Origin: Orbicella franksi
Lineage: Eukaryota
Assembly (NCBI GenBank): GCA_964199315.1
Contig: OZ116706.1
Coordinates: 5,828,001-5,892,000 of the forward strand
Reading direction: 5' to 3'
DNA length: 64,000 nt
Part shown: positions 63,848-64,000 of the stretch, one piece after another
Layout: each line of letters begins with the position of its first letter
Position numbering within the stretch: the stretch's first letter is position 1
Notes under the pieces: model-generated
The model's input: the letters and a program-made list of their open reading frames with translations, nothing else
Databases searched by the model: none
What the model was told of the DNA's origin: nothing
Position numbers and translations under genes: made by a program

Positions 63848-64000
63848 TATCTTGTTATTTTGAAAAGAGTGCAACTAGTACTTATCATGGCTTCAAATAT
63901 ATATGGCGCTCCTATGTCAAAGAATTTTCATAAAATTTGATTTCTAGCTAGAAAAAGATTTCTCTAACATATGTGAGAAATCATTACGTGGATTAGCGGG

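Noticed and set aside
1-64000. CRISPR arrays, rRNA, operons or other prokaryotic or viral systems
   Set aside because: None seen. The repeats are tandem or inverted without unique spacers, and the genes are spliceosomal.

Overview
This is AT-rich, intron-containing animal DNA. The repeat landscape and gene family suggest a stony coral or related anthozoan, which is inference only. The window is a tandem cluster of six plus-strand TNF-receptor-superfamily genes, each encoding signal peptide, cysteine-rich domains, Ser/Thr stalk, transmembrane helix and a C-terminal death domain (DD). They fall into three subtypes in the order A1 (706-10554), B1 (21576-24227), A2 (28586-36968), B2 (41397-44088), C1 (46882-53699), C2 (58270-62578). 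All six DDs sit on their own terminal exon behind a phase-1 acceptor. Gene C1 is a chimera: its native C-type DD exon is frameshifted and truncated, and it is followed by an intact, in-phase copy of gene A2's DD exon. Other observations are palindromic NF-kB sites about 350-400 bp upstream of the B and C genes, probable gene conversion across the C1/C2 cysteine-rich domains, a partial exon duplication in A1, and an atypical 6-Cys module shared by all six receptors. A decayed 6-exon minus-strand gene of unknown family lies at 13583-19875, a probable LINE ORF1 runs off the left edge, and there are many MITE/SINE insertions. All gene models were built by hand from splice signals and paralog comparison; no expression or database evidence was available.
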